A stretch of DNA of 64,000 nt from Antedon mediterranea (taxonomy: Eukaryota > Animalia > Echinodermata): positions 28,526,437 to 28,590,436 of the forward strand of contig NC_092672.1 of NCBI RefSeq assembly GCF_964355755.1, in the 5' to 3' direction. How positions within the stretch are numbered: the stretch's first letter is position 1; the number at the start of each line of letters is the position of its first letter. The position numbers were made by a program, and so were the translations under genes. Positions 63,332 to 64,000 of this stretch are shown here, piece after piece. The notes under the pieces were generated by a model, which was given only the letters and a program-made list of their open reading frames with translations, did not search any database and was not told the origin of the DNA.

Positions 63332-64000
63332 ATTTGTTTTACATAACATCTAAATAGATTCCTGTCATTTGAATCAAATAAAAGGTAGGCCCAAGGCCCA
63401 AATTTGATTCACATTGATAAAAACAGTAACATTTGGTTTTGAATAATATATTAAATATTATATATATATGGATTTTATAAACACGCATACTGTAGTGTTG
63501 ATTATGTCAACCAAACAATCCTAGGCCTAGCAAGGCTTAAAACACCTAGGCCTAGCCTAGCATAATATCTAACAGGCCTAGCCTAGTTACTAGTTAGGCC
63601 AATTTACACAGACAAGCGGTAACGGTAGGAGGTAATTGTAAGCGAAAAACCGCGTGGCTTTTTCCATTTACACAGCGCGCAGAGTTCGCGAACGGAGTGG
63701 TGCGTGTAGGCCTCGAGGCTAATGCATGTTACAGTCACTGCTGGCCTGGATGTGACTGACTGTCAGTAGGCCTAGCACACACAGGCCTAAGTTTTAGAGG
63801 GAATTGTTGCCTAATAACGTACTAAAATGTATATTTTCTTTTCACTATCCCTATACGAACATTAGTCACGTCGTAGGTGTTTGTATTTCTGAATAAAAAG
63901 AAGAAGAAACTATAGGCTAGGCCTACTACGGCACTCGTATTTATTGTCGTCTTTCACTCGACGCACGCAAAAAAAAATTTGTTGATAGATGACGTCATTT

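Overview
AT-rich, intron-rich eukaryotic DNA from an invertebrate animal; a marine deuterostome such as an echinoderm is inferred from a Deu/Nin-type SINE and the gene content. Four host loci were reconstructed by hand from GT-AG exons. (1) A minus-strand CCDC50-like gene (10 coding exons, 15262 down to 248, running off the left edge) with an apparently expanded set of MIU-like ubiquitin-binding helices. (2) Head-to-head with it, a complete RACGAP1/MgcRacGAP/CYK-4 gene (16 coding exons, 16999-44948, ~651 aa). (3) A 3-coding-exon SLC7 cationic amino acid transporter (49993-52228, ~614 aa). (4) A less certain gene (~58.6-62.9 kb) ending in a TRADD-N-like exon plus tandem death effector domains. 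A RACGAP1 intron holds an apparently intact 5.8-kb PIF/Harbinger transposon (spliced DDE transposase, convergent MADF/BESS protein, 34-bp perfect TIRs, TTA TSD). The rest is dense with often nested non-autonomous elements whose TSDs can be read directly (TA, TWA, TTAA, 5, 6, 7 and 9 bp), plus SINEs, LINE fragments, a Penelope fragment with a degenerate hammerhead motif, and Helentron/Helitron-like pieces. All family assignments come from manual motif recognition; no database searches were run.
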